Shown here: positions 48,335-58,921 of the stretch, in pieces
Layout of the letters: every line of letters starts with the position of its first letter
How positions within the stretch are numbered: the first letter of the stretch is position 1
Virus record (IMG/VR): IMGVR_UViG_3300025867_000008
Span: 1 to 64,000 of that record
Direction: 5' to 3' (one strand)
Length of the DNA: 64,000 nt
From: a virus
Taxonomy: Duplodnaviria > Caudoviricetes
Made by a program: the position numbers and the translations under genes
Notes under the pieces: model-generated
What the model saw: only the letters and a program-made list of their open reading frames with translations
Told to the model about the DNA's origin: nothing
Databases searched by the model: none

Positions 48335-49075
48335 TTATTCTCCATAAAGTTCTTTTTTCATATCCTCCATACAATATACTACTGCATCAAAGGTTCCATC
48401 AATTACATAATCATAAAGACTTTCGACTTCGGGTGGGTCGTCATAATAATTTCTGTCATTGAGTATTTGATCTATATCAGCTTGGTATTTTAAATAGAAA
48501 TCAAAAATATCAGCGTCCTCTACAAAGGCATCGAGGATTTCTTCCGAATCTGGTTCGATGTAACTATCAATGAAATTTTGTAACTTAGTTGTATCGCTTT
48601 TTAAAGTATTATCGAGAAGCTCTAATATTCCACGTTTAAGTGAAACATATTTATCTGATAACTTTCCCTTTAATTCTTCTTCGAACCCCTCATTCATTGG
48701 AGTTTCATCTATGAAAATTTCTCCAAATGTTTTAATTTTTTCATCCATTTGTCTTATATTAATTTCCAATTCATAATTTTTTAATATATTGTAAAGATTT
48801 TCAATATCTTCGTAAACACTATCAATAGGTTGTTCGTCTTTCTTTTCATCAAAAATCTTTTCTTTCTTAGCATCAATAAAATAATTTTTCTTTCCGCTTC
48901 TATTAAAGAGTATAACAAAACCATCTTCAGTTTCTTTAAATTCATCAAAGAATTGACTTTTGACTACATCGCGATTATAAACAAAATCAGATACTTCTTT
49001 TGCTAGATTCATTAAATCTGTAAAAGAATGATAATTTGTATAAGTTTCAAAATATTTATTAAATGTTAATGCCAT
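48335..49075 (-). CDS. Acidic hypothetical, CTS-like leader and internal element
   Basis: MALTFNKYFE; internal KIKTFGEIF..PMNEG. Confidence 0.75.
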   Translation of the reverse strand: MALTFNKYFETYTNYHSFTDLMNLAKEVSDFVYNRDVVKSQFFDEFKETEDGFVILFNRSGKKNYFIDAKKEKIFDEKKDEQPIDSVYEDIENLYNILKNYELEINIRQMDEKIKTFGEIFIDETPMNEGFEEELKGKLSDKYVSLKRGILELLDNTLKSDTTKLQNFIDSYIEPDSEEILDAFVEDADIFDFYLKYQADIDQILNDRNYYDDPPEVESLYDYVIDGTFDAVVYCMEDMKKELYGE

Positions 49076-49161
49076 AATTAATAGGAATCTATTTTAGAAC
49101 ATATATATAAAATTACAAAAATCAAATTTAATATATAAATAAAAAATAATTTCCTATTCAT

Positions 49162-50299
49162 ATGAACAATTTAAAAAATTACGACGAATTTCATCAAATC
49201 AACGAAGATCTTGGAGTAGAGATATTTCTTGGCATATTTTTTACCATATTTAGTATAATGGCGATGTGGGTTGGGTATATCTACCTTGTTAAGCCGCCGG
49301 TGGCATATATACGTAGATATATAAATAAATTAAGAGCAGACAAACAATTCAAAAGAGAATTAATAGATATAATTCATAGCATGACAAAATCTCAAAAAAG
49401 AGAATTGAAAAGATATGTTAAAAATTCTGTTTTTGCAAAATGGGATATTCAAACTACATATCACCAAGGCGGTTCGGAAACATCATACGACAGAGATCCA
49501 AATTTGAATGAAGAAAAACAAAGATTATTAGATATTTTTGAAGGCGAACAACGCGAGAAATTAGAAAATCTCTTAACAAAAATGGAAGATGAAATTCTAC
49601 ACCAAACTATGAGAGATAGTGATAAATGGGGGGTTAAAAATCCAGATCCAAATCTATCATTGTCGTGGAAACCAAAGTTGGATTTAAGATCTTTAAAAGA
49701 TAAAAGTAGAGAAGAAGAATGGATGGGAGCGCAGAAAAAAATATACGGAAGAAGAAGAAAAGAAAAAAGCCGAAATTGATAGAATAAAAAAAGAAAAGAA
49801 ACAAAAAATTCTAACCAATATCAATATTGGAGGGAAGAATCAATCGGACACTCAAGCGTGGGACAGTTATAGATATAATGGGGATAAATTGAATGAAGAA
49901 TTATTTGGCGGTGTAGAGGAAGCAACTTATCGTGGCAAAACTTACAAAGTTGGAGATTGAATAATCGAATTTGAAGACTGGGTAAGTCATCCAAGAGAAG
50001 TTGAGATTGGAAGAGGAGTAATCAAGAAAATTAAAGCAGACAGTTCTGGTAAAGTCAAAAGATTTTTTGTTCTTTTCGATCCAAAAAACGGCAAACCATC
50101 TTATCTGGATAAATTTGTTTACCCCGAACTAACAGAACCAGAAGAAGGATGGATACAAGTAGATGTCCAAAGAAAAAAGTATGCTGATGAAAGAAAAGAA
50201 ATATTGAGATATAAACAATCTTCTGACACCAAAACATGGGACAATTACAAATATAAAGATGACCAAGTCCTCTTTTTTTATCAGATCAATCCATTTTAA
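49162..50299 (+). pseudogene. CTS-leader membrane protein gene whose 3' half is disrupted (frameshift plus in-frame TGA)
   Basis: ORF 49162..49779; skipping one A of the A7 run (49735-49741) opens KYTEEEEKKKAEIDR...KLNEELF...YKVGD, TGA (49958-49960), IIEFEDW...QINPF-TAA (50299). Confidence 0.6.
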
Positions 50300-50487
50300 A
50301 CTCTGGAAACATTTTATGAAAGATATCTGAAAACCAAACATAAGTATTGTGAAATATTTAACACGTTGATTGATAATATATTAACACAAAAATAATTAAA
50401 CATTTATTTTTTTATTGACTATAATAGGTGTAAATTCGTATTGTTAAAAATGAACAATTAAAAACTAAATTATAGGAGGAAATCTAT

Positions 50488-51375
50488 ATGGGTTATGGAT
50501 ATTATTCAATGGAAGAAAGAACAACCAGGGCTGATACCTTAGGTTATAAAACAAAATCCGCTCGTGAGATCTTCAAGGAAAGGCATCTAAACAAAGAAAT
50601 GGATCCTAAAGATGTAAAAATCAGAGAATCGCGTGATTCTGATGATCATCCCGAGTCAATCTCTATTATCATCGCCCTTGACCACACCGGTTCAATGGGT
50701 TCGGTTCCACATCATTTAGTAAAGGAAGGTCTTCCTAATCTTATGGCTAAGATTATGGATAAGGGAATTAAAGATCCTCAGATTCTTTTCTTAGGAATTG
50801 GCGACCACAAATATGACAAAGCTCCTTTACAGATTGGTCAGTTTGAATCCAGTGATCCACTTATGGATAAATGGCTTACAGAAGTTTATCTCGAAGGTGG
50901 CGGAGGAGGAAACGGTGGCGAAAGTTATCTTTTAGCTTGGTATTTCGCATCGCGTCATACAGCGATTGATTGTATGGAAAAACGTGGTAAAAAAGGTTAT
51001 CTTATTACTATTGGTGATGAGCCTACTTTTAGAAGTATTCCCGAAGATGCCATTAAGAATATTATGGGTGAAGTAGCTCCACTTCCTTATGATGAAGAAG
51101 ATTGGACGCCAGATGATGAGCTTACCGCAGAAGATCTTTTAGCAGAAGCTAAAAGAAAATATGAAGTTTATCATATTCATATTCATCAGACTAAACAGGG
51201 TCAGATGGAAAAGAATATCGATAGTTGGAAAGATCTTATAGGTGATAATCTAATTGTAGCTGAAGCTAAAGAAGATATTCCTGACATTATCGCTGGTATT
51301 GTTTGTAACAATTTCGGTGAGATTAAATGGTATGGTAATGGAAAACTTGAAGAAGAAAAAGTTGTAACTCTTTAA
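50488..51375 (+). CDS. VWA-like (MIDAS) domain protein
   Basis: IIIALDHTGSMG (DxSxS-like), GGGGGNGGESY, ITIGDE. Confidence 0.75.
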   Translation: MGYGYYSMEERTTRADTLGYKTKSAREIFKERHLNKEMDPKDVKIRESRDSDDHPESISIIIALDHTGSMGSVPHHLVKEGLPNLMAKIMDKGIKDPQILFLGIGDHKYDKAPLQIGQFESSDPLMDKWLTEVYLEGGGGGNGGESYLLAWYFASRHTAIDCMEKRGKKGYLITIGDEPTFRSIPEDAIKNIMGEVAPLPYDEEDWTPDDELTAEDLLAEAKRKYEVYHIHIHQTKQGQMEKNIDSWKDLIGDNLIVAEAKEDIPDIIAGIVCNNFGEIKWYGNGKLEEEKVVTL

Positions 51376-51386
51376 AAAATAGTTAT

Positions 51387-52499
51387 ATGAAAAAAGCTGT
51401 AATTGGTCTAGCCTTTGGTGATGAAGGAAAAGGAATGACCGTTGACTATTTGGTTTTCAAATCAGAAAATAAACCTCTAGTAGTTCGCTTCTCGGGCGGA
51501 CAGCAGGCCGGTCACAATGTTGTAGTTGGTGATAAAAGTCACATCTTTTCTAATTTTGGAAGTGGTACATTAAGAGGTTCGCCCACATACTGGTCAAAAT
51601 TCTGCACCATCGATCCTGTAGGATTATTAAAAGAAATGGATATTCTTAAAGAAAAAGGTGTGGATCCTATTATCTACATCGACGGTGATAGTCCAGTAAC
51701 AACACCCTATGATAAATTCCACAATAAAAATAATAAAGTTGACCTGGATCACGGAACCTGCGGACTTGGAGTTGGATCGACAATAAATCGTGAGGAGCAT
51801 TATTATTCCTTTACTTTTAGTGATTTGTTTTATCCTTGGATTTTAGATACCAAATTAGAGCTTATTAAAAATTTCTACGGAGATATTGATTTGTCTGAAC
51901 AGGTGGATGAATTTTTGATGTCTTGTTATAAAGTTACAAATGATGATAGCATCAAATCGACATATGGAATTCCCATTGAATATAAAAATTCTGATGATAT
52001 TATTTTTGAAGGATCGCAGGGTCTTTTATTGGATCAGTGGTATGGTTTCTTTCCACACGTTGCTAGAACTAACACAGGAACAAAAAATATTTTAGGAATA
52101 ACTGACGATGATTTTCAGTTATATCTAGTTACAAGAGCTTATCAGACAAGACATGGAAACGGACCGATGACAAACAAAGAATTGGATATAGAAATTAAAA
52201 TCGATCCTAATGAAACAAATGTGAATAATAAATATCAGGGTGAATTTAAAAGAAGCGTTTTGGATGTTTCTTTACTTAAATACGCTATGAATAAAGATGA
52301 ATATATTAGAAAGTCTTTAAATAAAAATCTGATTATCACCTGCTTAGATCATCTTACAGAATATGTTTTCACATATGATGAAAAGATAATCTATTGTAAA
52401 GATGAGAAGGAATTCGTTAAGAAAATTTCTGATATTCTAGGAATTGAAAATGTTTATGTAAGTAGAAGTCATTTTGCTGAAAAAATTGAAAAAATATGA
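51387..52499 (+). CDS. purA: Adenylosuccinate synthetase-like protein (divergent PurA clade)
   Basis: FGDEGKG, RFSGGQQAGH, HGTCGLGVG, FEGSQGLLLD, TRAYQTRHGNGP, TCLD. Confidence 0.8.
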   Translation: MKKAVIGLAFGDEGKGMTVDYLVFKSENKPLVVRFSGGQQAGHNVVVGDKSHIFSNFGSGTLRGSPTYWSKFCTIDPVGLLKEMDILKEKGVDPIIYIDGDSPVTTPYDKFHNKNNKVDLDHGTCGLGVGSTINREEHYYSFTFSDLFYPWILDTKLELIKNFYGDIDLSEQVDEFLMSCYKVTNDDSIKSTYGIPIEYKNSDDIIFEGSQGLLLDQWYGFFPHVARTNTGTKNILGITDDDFQLYLVTRAYQTRHGNGPMTNKELDIEIKIDPNETNVNNKYQGEFKRSVLDVSLLKYAMNKDEYIRKSLNKNLIITCLDHLTEYVFTYDEKIIYCKDEKEFVKKISDILGIENVYVSRSHFAEKIEKI

Positions 52500-52708
52500 A
52501 AATAGAATTAAATAAAAAAGATTTGATATCATTGGTTATGGGAACAACCCCATATTATGATGTTATGGATAATCCATTAGTTAAAGAATGTGGTGAATGG
52601 ATAGGGGGGATGGCAGATAGATGGAGTTGGGAAAAATACAAATTAGAAAATTTGGATGAAAAAGAACTTTATGATTTGTATTTGATTTGCAAAAATAGTT
52701 GGAAATAA
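52496..52708 (+). CDS. Small hypothetical protein
   Basis: 70-aa ORF, ATGA overlap. Confidence 0.6.
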   Translation: MKIELNKKDLISLVMGTTPYYDVMDNPLVKECGEWIGGMADRWSWEKYKLENLDEKELYDLYLICKNSWK

Positions 52709-52710
52709 TT

Positions 52711-54402
52711 TTAATCCGCATCTTCTTCTGTATAATCATCAGCGTTAAAGAGCATTCCAACTTCTGGTCCTTCTTCTTCCTTAACTTCTTCTACTTTTGT
52801 TTGCTTTAATTTGAAGTCAAATAATGATCCTAAAACGCCCATTCTTTTATTGATCATTGGAAGATCCAAGGCTTTTAAGAAACTATTGCAAATTGTTAGA
52901 ACGGTTTTATCAAACTGAGCGTCATAATCAAAAAAGACTCTTTCTTTTTCTGTTATTTCTGTTGGATGCATTCCTCTTAGATAACCAAATACATTATGTT
53001 TATCGTGTTTACAATAATAATATTTTATTCTTCCACCACCTCTAATCATATCGTATTTAGTCTTAAATTCTGAATTTTTGTTAAGCAGATAATTATAGAA
53101 AGCCGCAGCCTTTACTCCATAATGAGCTCCAAGGACTGTTTCCAAATCAGTAGTGTCATTAATAACCTTGTCTTGATAATTTGAGCAACCCGTTTGACTT
53201 GAAATATTATCTATTTCTTCTAAATCAAATTCTTTTCTAATTTGTTTTACTATCTTTAAAATATCTTTAATATTCAAACTATCAGAGTTGGCGAATAAAT
53301 ATTTAATAAAATCCCAAATACCACCCTTTTGATCCTTACCACGCACAAATGGTGGAGTTTCACTTCTAACAATCTTAATACCAGTTGGTGAAAAATAAGT
53401 AAGTGGATCGTAGAAAATGCCGTCTTCCCATCGAATTGATTTGAGATAATTTTTCTTTTCGAAAAAGAGAATTGATTCACTGATTGTTTCCAATTCAAAG
53501 TCTTGTTTATTAGCTACGCCAAATCTCTTAGCATAAATGTCTAGAAACTCCGCGTGTTTCTTCTTCATTAAAACTTTGTCAAAATGTAAAATAAATTGAA
53601 GTTGATCTCCTTCATATCCACAGGATTCCATGATTGGTTTATAAGAAAAATAGAACGAATCTGTGTCCCCGTACATGGAGACCTTATTCGGACCGTTATA
53701 AAACATAGAGTCGTTATCTACACCTTTTATCCATTTTGGATTAGGATCTAATGACGCGACTTCTTTTAAATCAAATATTTTATATTCATACATCAATTCA
53801 TAATCATCAACTTCACCTTCAATCTTTTTTAATTTATCCAGAGTTAAACTTCTACTCAAAAGAATATCACCAAGCTCACCATTATTGAAATATGGATAAG
53901 GTCTATCTATCTTCTTGTATTCTTTATTTAAAAAGTAGTATTTGCCATCTATTTTATTTTTTACAATGAATTCAGTACCAAGTAGATCGTGATTCTTTGT
54001 GTCTGCAGCCCATTCATTATAGAAATAATTTTCAGTGCAAACAATCATATATCTAATAAGATCTCTACCCATGGCTGTAATAGCGTTGGCTATTTTTGAA
54101 TTGGATAATACAAAATATCTGTTAGCAAAAGCACCATATGTAGCATTCAACACAGTTTTAAGTGCCAGCTGCATAGCCTTATTATAAGAATATGAAGCTG
54201 TTAAATCTGATACTTTCTTTTTCAGATTCAATATGTGATTTAACTTATCTATTTGCTTTGGCGGATATTCTTGATCTGGTTTGATAGTAAAAGCTTTCTT
54301 ATAAAGATCTAGTGCATTATCATAATCTTTACTTCTACAATACTGGTCCGCTCTTTTTATTGTTTCGTTATATGATCTATTTGTGAGTGCTACATCTGGC
54401 AT
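52711..54402 (-). CDS. Family-B DNA polymerase, C-terminal subunit of a split enzyme, with an N-terminal TPR-like hairpin
   Basis: Motif B QLALKTVLNATYG, motif C YGDTDS, KKNY, GIKIVRSETP; no motif A (DxxSLYPS) or exonuclease motifs. Confidence 0.85.
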   Translation of the reverse strand: MPDVALTNRSYNETIKRADQYCRSKDYDNALDLYKKAFTIKPDQEYPPKQIDKLNHILNLKKKVSDLTASYSYNKAMQLALKTVLNATYGAFANRYFVLSNSKIANAITAMGRDLIRYMIVCTENYFYNEWAADTKNHDLLGTEFIVKNKIDGKYYFLNKEYKKIDRPYPYFNNGELGDILLSRSLTLDKLKKIEGEVDDYELMYEYKIFDLKEVASLDPNPKWIKGVDNDSMFYNGPNKVSMYGDTDSFYFSYKPIMESCGYEGDQLQFILHFDKVLMKKKHAEFLDIYAKRFGVANKQDFELETISESILFFEKKNYLKSIRWEDGIFYDPLTYFSPTGIKIVRSETPPFVRGKDQKGGIWDFIKYLFANSDSLNIKDILKIVKQIRKEFDLEEIDNISSQTGCSNYQDKVINDTTDLETVLGAHYGVKAAAFYNYLLNKNSEFKTKYDMIRGGGRIKYYYCKHDKHNVFGYLRGMHPTEITEKERVFFDYDAQFDKTVLTICNSFLKALDLPMINKRMGVLGSLFDFKLKQTKVEEVKEEEGPEVGMLFNADDYTEEDAD

Positions 54403-54442
54403 TAGAATTAAAATATATTTTTATTTATATAAAAGAATTTCA

Positions 54443-55957
54443 TCAATTAGTTTTAAAAATATATTTTAATTGACCAGAATCGTATATTCTATATATTTTA
54501 CGTTCTAACATTATTTCATGTTCTGTTTTACTCGGATCAAATCCTTCTTTAATTAATTTATCTTTTCTAAAATTAAATCTATAATTTCTTATACCGTTTA
54601 TAACATAATAATAATTTGGTCGTGTTTTGTGTTCCAATTTAAATCCAAGTTTCTCGTATAAATCACCCTGACTCCAAGATCTATCAGCGTAACTAATTAT
54701 TTCTAGCGGAACATATTTTTCAATAAAATATTTAAACAAACGACTAGCCCCCCCTACAACATTAGTGTTCAATTTATTACAAAATCTAAGCATTTCATAT
54801 GTTCCTTCTTTTGATATTTGACCCATAAATTTTCTCAATTTCCCGAAAGTCATCAAAGAAACCAGTTCGTCGTTATAAAATAATCCTATTTTTATTTTAG
54901 AAGAAACATTTCCTTGTAAATGATTTTCATCTAGAAACTTTCTAATCAATTTATTATTATTTACTTCTCTTATATCACATTTGCGGGCATAAATTTTATC
55001 AGATTTTCCAAGCAAATTTAATATTCTAGATTTAATTATATCTTTTTTATAGAACCAATCGTCTTGATATATATGTATTAGTTTAATGCCTTGTTTTTCA
55101 GCCAACTCAGTTTTTTCCTGATGATAATTATTTGGTTTGTGTATTTCATTATGCCAATAAATACCATTAAATTCAAATCCGATTTTTATGTCAGGTAAAT
55201 AAATATCTATTTCTTTTCCTGTTTTCTTGTCGTTTGATAAAATTATTTTATCATAATTACTTTTAATAAATTCTTTTAACAATATCTCCTGACCACTTTG
55301 AGTGTGAGACCCAACTGGATTACAAATTGTACACAAAACAGTTTCTTTATTGTTCTTGGTTCTGTTTTTTAAAATTTCAGAATCGATTTTAAATTGATGT
55401 CCCTTGTCACAATACATAATATAATTATAATCCTCGTCTATATCTATAACTCCTTTGTTTTTTAATTTTTCTAATAAATTTTTTTTGTAAACACCGTCTC
55501 TTTTTTCTCTGTATTTATTACTGAAATTATTTATAGCTAAATAAAATTTGACTCCATATTTTTCTAACATGGTTTCTTTGTGTTTTTCTATATTATTATA
55601 ATTTTCATCACCGTATTTCTCTTTTTTAATTCTTTTTACTTCGTCGGAATATCCATTCAATTTTACGTAGTTATCCACTCCATATTTTTTGATACTTGTT
55701 AACTTTTTTTTCTTATCGCTACATTTTTTGCAAGTAAAAAAACCATAATGAGAAATGTTCTGATAGTATTTAGCATACATTAAAGAATACTCTTTCTTAC
55801 AAATATCACAAATAACTTCTATTTTAATATGAGAATTGTTTGTAAGATCTTTAGTTTTTATAAGTAAAGTATCTCCTGTAACAACATACCCCAGATGTTG
55901 AAAATACGATTTATTCCTATTGGAAATATTAATTTCTATATTATCATTTTTTATCAT
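54443..55957 (-). mobile_element. Homing-type endonuclease (Zn ribbons, PD-(D/E)XK/Vsr-like core, GNAT-like C-terminal domain; Hef-like)
   Basis: CDIC..CKKC, KYGV repeats, EIDIYLP..IGFEFNGIYWH, ENHLQG, LRFCNKL..VVGGASRL, SYADRSWSQG, RIYDSG. Confidence 0.7.
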
Positions 55958-56023
55958 AATAATATATATTAAAAATTAAAGGCCCCAAAAGTGGCATTTT
56001 ATAAAAAAATATGAAAAAAGATT

Positions 56024-57250
56024 TTATTTAAGAGTAATTTTTTGTGTCTTCGAATTATATCTAATAACATCTTTCAATTGATTATCTTTACTCATGTAAT
56101 ATTCTTCAAAATCTTCGATTGTAACTTTAAAGAAATCCAGAATCTTTTTAAATCTCGCAGAATCAATAGTGTCAGATTCAATCTTATCGCATATATCTTC
56201 TATAATTTCTACAAATTGACTCAAATCGACCTTCTGCTCGAAACCTATTCCTACATATTTTTCAAATTGACGAAGATTTCCCACCGTTTGATCATTCAAT
56301 GAAATTATACCATCTTCAACTTTTATATGTATTCTTACTTCCTCGTGCCATTTAGCGAATATCATATTCAATCCTGGTTCAAATTCATCATCATTCAAAC
56401 ATTTAAAATCGAAATTATCTAAGTATCTTTCAAGAGTATAGAATATTTCTTTATCGCTTTTTAGATTCTTAAATTTTTTAAATGTATGAACTGAAGCTTC
56501 TGTTTTAGATGTTTCTTTTTTTGGAACTCTAACCGATGGCAAATTCTCCCAATCTATATGAAGAGCCGCCTCTGCAACTTTTTCTAGATAAGCCATATCT
56601 ACATATTCACGTACTGAGTGCTCTTTATAAGTACCACTGGATAAATTAGTTACCTCAGGAATAACATCAATGAAAACTGCTGTATCTGTGTACCATCCAG
56701 TTTGATCTGGTTTAAACGGAAGACCGTATCTGGCAAATTGATCTGTAAGAGATTCTACAAACTCTTTGCTACAAGTGAATCTAGCCATTTGACGAATTAC
56801 TATAGAACCTTCATGTTTTCTGTCAAAACAAACAGCTCTTTTAAATTTTTTGAAGAATTCTGGATTCGCTTTCAAAGCGTTCTTTGATCCATATAATCCA
56901 CCATCTTTAGCAGTTGGTTCTTCACCAGCGAAGAAATAATAAGTTCCAGGAATATTGTGCTCGATCATATTTAGAAGTATTACTACACCCGTTTTGTTAT
57001 CTCCACCAAGTATTGTACTGCCATCAGTAGATATTATATCTCCTTTTATAACATGATGGACTTTTTCAACTTCCGTAGAAACGGTATCTAGATGTGATGT
57101 AAATAAAGTACTACTTTGACCTATTGAAATATAATAATTTCCAAATTCATCTTTTTTAGATCCTTTAGGCATATATTCAGCCAGTGAATCTTCGCGACCG
57201 TGTGGAACAGTAAATTGAGTTAATTTCAAAAACATTTCTCTGATATTCAT
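56024..57250 (-). CDS. M28/M20-type zinc peptidase with a C-terminal extension
   Basis: SHLDTV, LGGDNKTG, AGEE, CFDR, YTD, YKEHS. Confidence 0.8.
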   Translation of the reverse strand: MNIREMFLKLTQFTVPHGREDSLAEYMPKGSKKDEFGNYYISIGQSSTLFTSHLDTVSTEVEKVHHVIKGDIISTDGSTILGGDNKTGVVILLNMIEHNIPGTYYFFAGEEPTAKDGGLYGSKNALKANPEFFKKFKRAVCFDRKHEGSIVIRQMARFTCSKEFVESLTDQFARYGLPFKPDQTGWYTDTAVFIDVIPEVTNLSSGTYKEHSVREYVDMAYLEKVAEAALHIDWENLPSVRVPKKETSKTEASVHTFKKFKNLKSDKEIFYTLERYLDNFDFKCLNDDEFEPGLNMIFAKWHEEVRIHIKVEDGIISLNDQTVGNLRQFEKYVGIGFEQKVDLSQFVEIIEDICDKIESDTIDSARFKKILDFFKVTIEDFEEYYMSKDNQLKDVIRYNSKTQKITLK

Positions 57251-57350
57251 ATCTTTATATTATTTTAAAACTATTAGTATTTGTCATTATATATTAAATT
57301 CCTAAAATATTTTTTTAATATATAAACCAGAAAAAATAACAAGTTTTAAA

Positions 57351-57674
57351 ATGATCGGGAAAGACGATACAACTATAGAAGAAATTTATAAAAGATTAAA
57401 ACATATAGTAGATGACGTTTATAGAAAAAAAGGAATGTCATCAATAGACATTAGAAACTATTTCATGAAAAGAAAAAATTTCAATAGATTATTAAAAGTA
57501 TTAGGGGAATTGAAACAAATATATGATGAAAGTAACTATCCAATAAAATTCGAAAATGAAGTTTATGACATACTATTTTATAGAGTTCTTATGGATAGAA
57601 TATACTACGAGAAAGACAATCCACAAAACGAAAATCTCGATACTACGTACGAAGATTTTATTTCCGAAAAATAA
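57351..57674 (+). CDS. Hypothetical protein
   Basis: 107-aa ORF after TTAATATATA at 57315. Confidence 0.7.
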   Translation: MIGKDDTTIEEIYKRLKHIVDDVYRKKGMSSIDIRNYFMKRKNFNRLLKVLGELKQIYDESNYPIKFENEVYDILFYRVLMDRIYYEKDNPQNENLDTTYEDFISEK

Positions 57675-57871
57675 TTTATTTTTTTTTATTAAAACACATT
57701 TTATAAATTAAATCAATTCGTTGATGTAGTGTGCTGTGCGGTGTTTTCAATCAATATTTTAGAAAAAAATGATATTTCTATGTGTATATATACCGCAAAC
57801 TTTTATAAAAAATAAAAATAAAAGTACGAAATACCAATAAAACAAATGAAAGGAGAGATAAAACATTTTAA

Positions 57872-58912
57872 ATGAAAACAATTGATGCGGATGTCTGGCG
57901 CACGGAAGTCGCCAATTCCATTAAGAACATGCAACAATTAAAAGAAAGATTAGAATTAAGAAAAGAAGAAAAAATAGAAAATGTAAAAAATCTCCCAGTT
58001 AGGATCCCACCATATTTTTTGAAAGTAGTTGAAAGCAGTGATGCTATTAGAAAAACTATGGTCCCAACTGTCGATGAATTTAATGTCTCTGATGAAGAGA
58101 AAGAAGACCCCCTCTCTGAAGAGAAGTACAAGAAAACAGATTGTTTAGTTCATAAATATCCGAATCGTGTGTTATTTTTATGCAACACACAATGTTTCGG
58201 TTTCTGTAGATACTGTACCAGATCAAGAATTGTAGGAAAAAATAAAAACTATACTAAAACTGATTGGGATAATGCTATAAATTATATAAAAGATCACAAT
58301 GAAATTTTTGATGTTTTGTTGAGTGGTGGAGATCCATTTATGTTGAACGATGATAAAATAGAATATTTATTAAGTGAATTATCGAAAATATCTCATGTAA
58401 AAGTTATAAGGATCGGAACAAAAATGCCGGTTTTTCTTCCACAGAGGGCTAATGATAAGCTTATAAATATTCTAAAAAAATATAAACCGTATATTAATAT
58501 ACACGTAACACATCCATCTGAAATCACTAAAGAGTTTGTAGATTGTTGTAATAAATTATCTATTGATGCTAATTGTATACTAGGTTCTCAAACCGTTTTG
58601 TTAAAAGGAATAAACGATGACGCTAAAATATTACAAGAACTTTTTAATAAATTACTAGAAAATCGTGTCACTCCTTATTATTTATATCAAATGGATAGGA
58701 TAATCGGTGGATCTCATTTTAGATGTGATTTAAATAAAATGATAGAGATTATGCATCAATTAATAGGTTGGAACTCAGGAAGAGCTATTCCAGAATTCGT
58801 TGTCGACTGCGAGATAGGTAAAACACCACTTCGATATGGTTATATAGAAAAGAAAGAAAACGACAAATATGAATTAAAAAATTTTGAGAAGAATACGTCT
58901 ATAGAATATTAA
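57872..58912 (+). CDS. KamA-family radical SAM enzyme (lysine 2,3-aminomutase-like)
   Basis: HKYPNRVL, CFGFCRYC, LSGGDP, IRIGTK, SQTVLLKGIND, PYYLYQMD, HFR, GK. Confidence 0.88.
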   Translation: MKTIDADVWRTEVANSIKNMQQLKERLELRKEEKIENVKNLPVRIPPYFLKVVESSDAIRKTMVPTVDEFNVSDEEKEDPLSEEKYKKTDCLVHKYPNRVLFLCNTQCFGFCRYCTRSRIVGKNKNYTKTDWDNAINYIKDHNEIFDVLLSGGDPFMLNDDKIEYLLSELSKISHVKVIRIGTKMPVFLPQRANDKLINILKKYKPYINIHVTHPSEITKEFVDCCNKLSIDANCILGSQTVLLKGINDDAKILQELFNKLLENRVTPYYLYQMDRIIGGSHFRCDLNKMIEIMHQLIGWNSGRAIPEFVVDCEIGKTPLRYGYIEKKENDKYELKNFEKNTSIEY

Positions 58913-58921
58913 GATTTTAGA

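Noticed and set aside
51387-52499. PurZ / Z-genome (2-aminoadenine) system
   Set aside because: The motif is GDEGKG with PurA's Asp; PurZ and PurZ0 have Ser there. No DatZ or clear MazZ is visible in the window.
53600-54050. Intein in the PolB insert
   Set aside because: No Cys/Ser start with an HN-C/S/T end and no LAGLIDADG motifs recognisable.
57700-57800. Riboswitch or structured RNA upstream of the KamA-family gene
   Set aside because: Only a short TGCGGT/ACCGCA complementarity; no recognisable lysine or SAM riboswitch motifs.
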